Below, in pieces: positions 58,799 through 64,000 of a stretch of DNA of 64,000 bases. The notes below the pieces were generated by a model. The model searched no databases, had not been told where the DNA came from, and saw nothing but the letters and a program-made list of their open reading frames with translations. The stretch lies in assembly GCF_009914755.1 (NCBI RefSeq), contig NC_060941.1; one strand, 5' to 3'. The stretch's first letter is position 1, and each line of letters begins with the position of its first letter. Origin of the DNA: the human T2T-CHM13v2.0 reference genome, Homo sapiens. Position numbers and translations under genes: made by a program.

Positions 58799-59234
<436 letters not shown>

Positions 59235-59357
59235 TGATCTTCCTTCCTCGGCCTCTCAATGTGCTTGGATTACAAGCATGAGCCACCTTGCCCAGCCGAA
59301 GCTGGCCATTTAAAGTTCCTCATGCTGCTGAATCAATAAGGATGGAAGGCGGCTACT

Positions 59358-60654
<1,297 letters not shown>

Positions 60655-61177
60655 ATCACCGAACTAGCCTCTTTACATATGATTAGCAAGAGGAAAATGG
60701 CTCTGTTACTTAATGGAGGAAGGAGGCTATGTCTGAAAGCCAAAAATTCACTGGGGACACATCTTAGCAGGCTCTTGACCCTAAGACCTGGTTAATGGAA
60801 AAGTAGAGCAACCCAATAAAAACAAGACCACCAAGAAGTCAGGTCTTATGGAATAAAGTATTGAGTGTCCCTATGAGGCACAGAACCCTTCGAAAGGGGA
60901 TTGGAAGAAGTGGTGAAGAAGGCGGCTATGATTATCAACTTAGACTTCATCGCCATTTGTAGAAGGAGGCTTCTAACAGCTATGTTTTATGTTAATTGGC
61001 TCTTTTCTCTTCTTTTTTCTTTCAACCTTATATTAAGAGCACTGGCAGAAGCTAGCGGTTTTGGCATCCTGTAATTATTAGCTGTATAACCTTGGCCAAG
61101 TAACTCAACCTTTCTGTGCCTCAGTTACTCATCTGTAAAACAGGGTAATAAGTCTCAACCTCGTACTTATGTTGTTA

Positions 61178-61327
<150 letters not shown>

Positions 61328-61681
61328 TTAGCTGGGTGTGGTGGCACGTGATTGTAATCCCAGTTACTCGGGAGGCTGAGGCAGGAGAATTGCTTGAACT
61401 AAACCTGGGAGGCGGAGGTTGCAGTGAGCCAAGATCGTGCCACTGCACTCTAGCCCAGGCAACAGAGTTAGACTCTGTCTCAAAAAAAAAAAAAAAAAAA
61501 ATTAACACTTTGAACAAAAAAGAAAAAAATAATAAAATTTAAAAAAGATTTAACAATTGGGCCAGGCATAGTGGCTCATGCCTGTAATACCAGCACTTTG
61601 GGAGCCTGAAGAGGGAGGATTACTTGAACCCAGGAGTTCCAGACCAGCCTGGACAACAAAGCAAGACTTTGTTTCTACTTA

Positions 61682-61941
<260 letters not shown>

Positions 61942-62208
61942 TTAGCTGGGTGGTTCTGCTCAGTTCTCTTGGGATGTTTCAGTCAAGCAGTGGCCTGGGG
62001 CTGCACTCTTATCTGAAGACTCAATTGGGAGAAAATATGCATTCAAGGTCACTCATTGGTTGTTGGCAGGCTGTAGTTCCTTACTGAATATTGGTTGAAG
62101 ACTTCATTGGCTTACTACCTGGACTTCTCCATAGACTGCTTGAATGTCCTCCCCACATAGCTAGAGTGAATGACTAAAAAAGAGAGAGAACACACACAGC
62201 CCAGGTAA

Positions 62209-62472
<264 letters not shown>

Positions 62473-62535
62473 TGATCCACCTGCCTTGGCCTCCCAAAGT
62501 GCTGGGATTACAGGCGTGAGCCACCACGCCTGGCC

Positions 62536-62733
62536 GAAAAAGATTCTTGCACACACATGTTTATAGTAGCACTATTCACAATTGTAAAAATGTGGAACCA
62601 GTCCAAATGCCCATCAATCAATGAGTGGCTAAAGAAACTGTGGTATAGATATACAGTGGAATACTACTCAGTCATAAAAAGGAATGAATTAATGGCATTT
62701 GCAGCAACCTGGACGGGATTGGAGACTATTATT
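62536..62733 (+). mobile_element. L1P 3'-region fragment (ORF2 C-terminus)
   Basis: ORF 62557 [30 protein letters not shown] is the L1 ORF2p C-terminus. Confidence 0.9.
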
Positions 62734-62766
62734 CTTTTTTTTTTTTTTTTTTTTTTTTTGAGATAG

Positions 62767-62925
<159 letters not shown>

Positions 62926-63044
62926 TAGTAGAGACCGGGTTTCACCATGTTAGCCTGGATGGTCTCGATCTCCTGACCTCGTGATCCGCCCACCTCAGCC
63001 TCCCAAAGTGCTGGGATTACAGGCATGAGCCACCGCACCCGGCC

Positions 63045-63046
<2 letters not shown>

Positions 63047-63088
<42 letters not shown>

Positions 63089-64000
63089 AACCAGGGGTTT
63101 AACATAAATACAACCAGCATAGAAAGACCCAAAACTATACAGAAACCAAAACCAGAATGCCATGTGGTGGAGGCAAAGGGCAGAATTTCTGACCCCTTTG
63201 GCTCAGCTGCCCTTCCCCACAAATAAAAACCAACAAAGAGGACAAATCAGGACAATAAAAAAGATTCATGCTAAGCTGTGGCAGAGGGAAGGTATGATCG
63301 GGTGGGGGTGGGATAAGGAATGGCCATGGAAGATAACTGGGTCAGGTTGGACCCTGGGCTGGGAGGGGGAGGGCAAGGCCCCTCACCACAACTTAAGCCA
63401 AACCTAAGCTGCCCCCAGGTGCCATAGGTCCCTGTCCCAGCAGGGAGGCTGATGGGCCTGGGCCCATGCCCCTCCCCACCTTTGGGGGTCAGATAGTGGC
63501 CACCCAGGTTTGCTGGGTTGGGGCCTGACACAGGCTCTGCATGCCCATTCGGGCTGCCTGTGGAGAGAGAATGGAGTCACTGTTTAACCATGCTACCTGC
63601 CTCAGCCCCAGCAGACCACAGGAGGTTGGCCCCAGACTTACTGAGTGCCTGCAGCAGCCCTACAGACACAGCATCCTTGGCCACCTCATGCCCATCCCGG
63701 CCATCTAGGGTCAGCACAACCCAGATGAGGCCGCTGAAGGGCACCGGATGCCCAGGAATCACCACCTGGTACCAGAAGCGGTGCCAGCCAGCAGGTCCTA
63801 TGCCCAAACACTTGGTGAGGAACACAGGGCTGCCCAGCTTCATTCGTTGGCACAGCAACTGCAGGGTAGCCCGAGCCCCTTGGGACCCTAACTTGTCCCT
63901 TGCCAAGGCCAACTGGCTGCCCTCTGGCTGTGGGGACCGCAAGGAGGGACCCACAAGCTGCTGGCGAAGTCGCTGCTTCAGTTCTGGCTTGAGCCACTCC
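63047..64000 (-). pseudogene. DND1P2: Processed pseudogene of DND1 (dead end 1): C-terminal CDS (stop at 63577-63579), 3'UTR and poly(A); continues past the window
   Basis: [27 protein letters not shown]...[24 protein letters not shown]...AEAGSMVKQ matches the DND1 C-terminus; T39 tail at 63047-63085. P1/P2 name inferred from context. Confidence 0.92.

Overview
Human (primate) genomic DNA, very Alu-dense, with no intact protein-coding gene. I infer the locus to be the 17q21.31 segmental-duplication mosaic between the upstream KANSL1 promoter and LRRC37A. The landmarks, in order, are: a CpG-island promoter with minus-strand splice donors (~28.3-29.2 kb); a 5'-truncated SVA_F (~41.2-42.2 kb); a processed MAPK8IP1/JIP1 pseudogene inside a purine-rich VNTR (47.6-49.8 kb, +); two orphan LRRC37-family LRR exons (51.5 and 52.1 kb, +); a near full-length SVA_D-like element (56.4-57.8 kb, -); and the 3' part of a processed DND1 pseudogene (63.0 kb to the window end, -). 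The paralogous LINC02210/MAPK8IP1P2/DND1P1 copy cannot be excluded without alignment. Nearly all ORFs in the supplied track are Alu, SVA or low-complexity artefacts. I see no convincing new biological system. The most interesting things read directly from the sequence are four. (1) A cluster of old local templated insertions, including a 48-bp piece of the CpG island copied 16 kb away whose only mismatches are CpG decays, and a fold-back-initiated insertion inside an Alu. (2) The JIP1 retrocopy is split by a deletion/frameshift into a JNK-docking ORF, in frame with an upstream ATG and a polybasic microsatellite, and a separate SH3-PTB-kinesin-binding ORF. (3) Small-RNA retrocopies: Y3, a tailless intron-containing pre-tRNA-Tyr half, and a 42-nt tailed micro-insert. 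(4) An atypical SVA_F junction. Repeat subfamily names and parent-protein comparisons are from memory of consensus sequences, not from a search.
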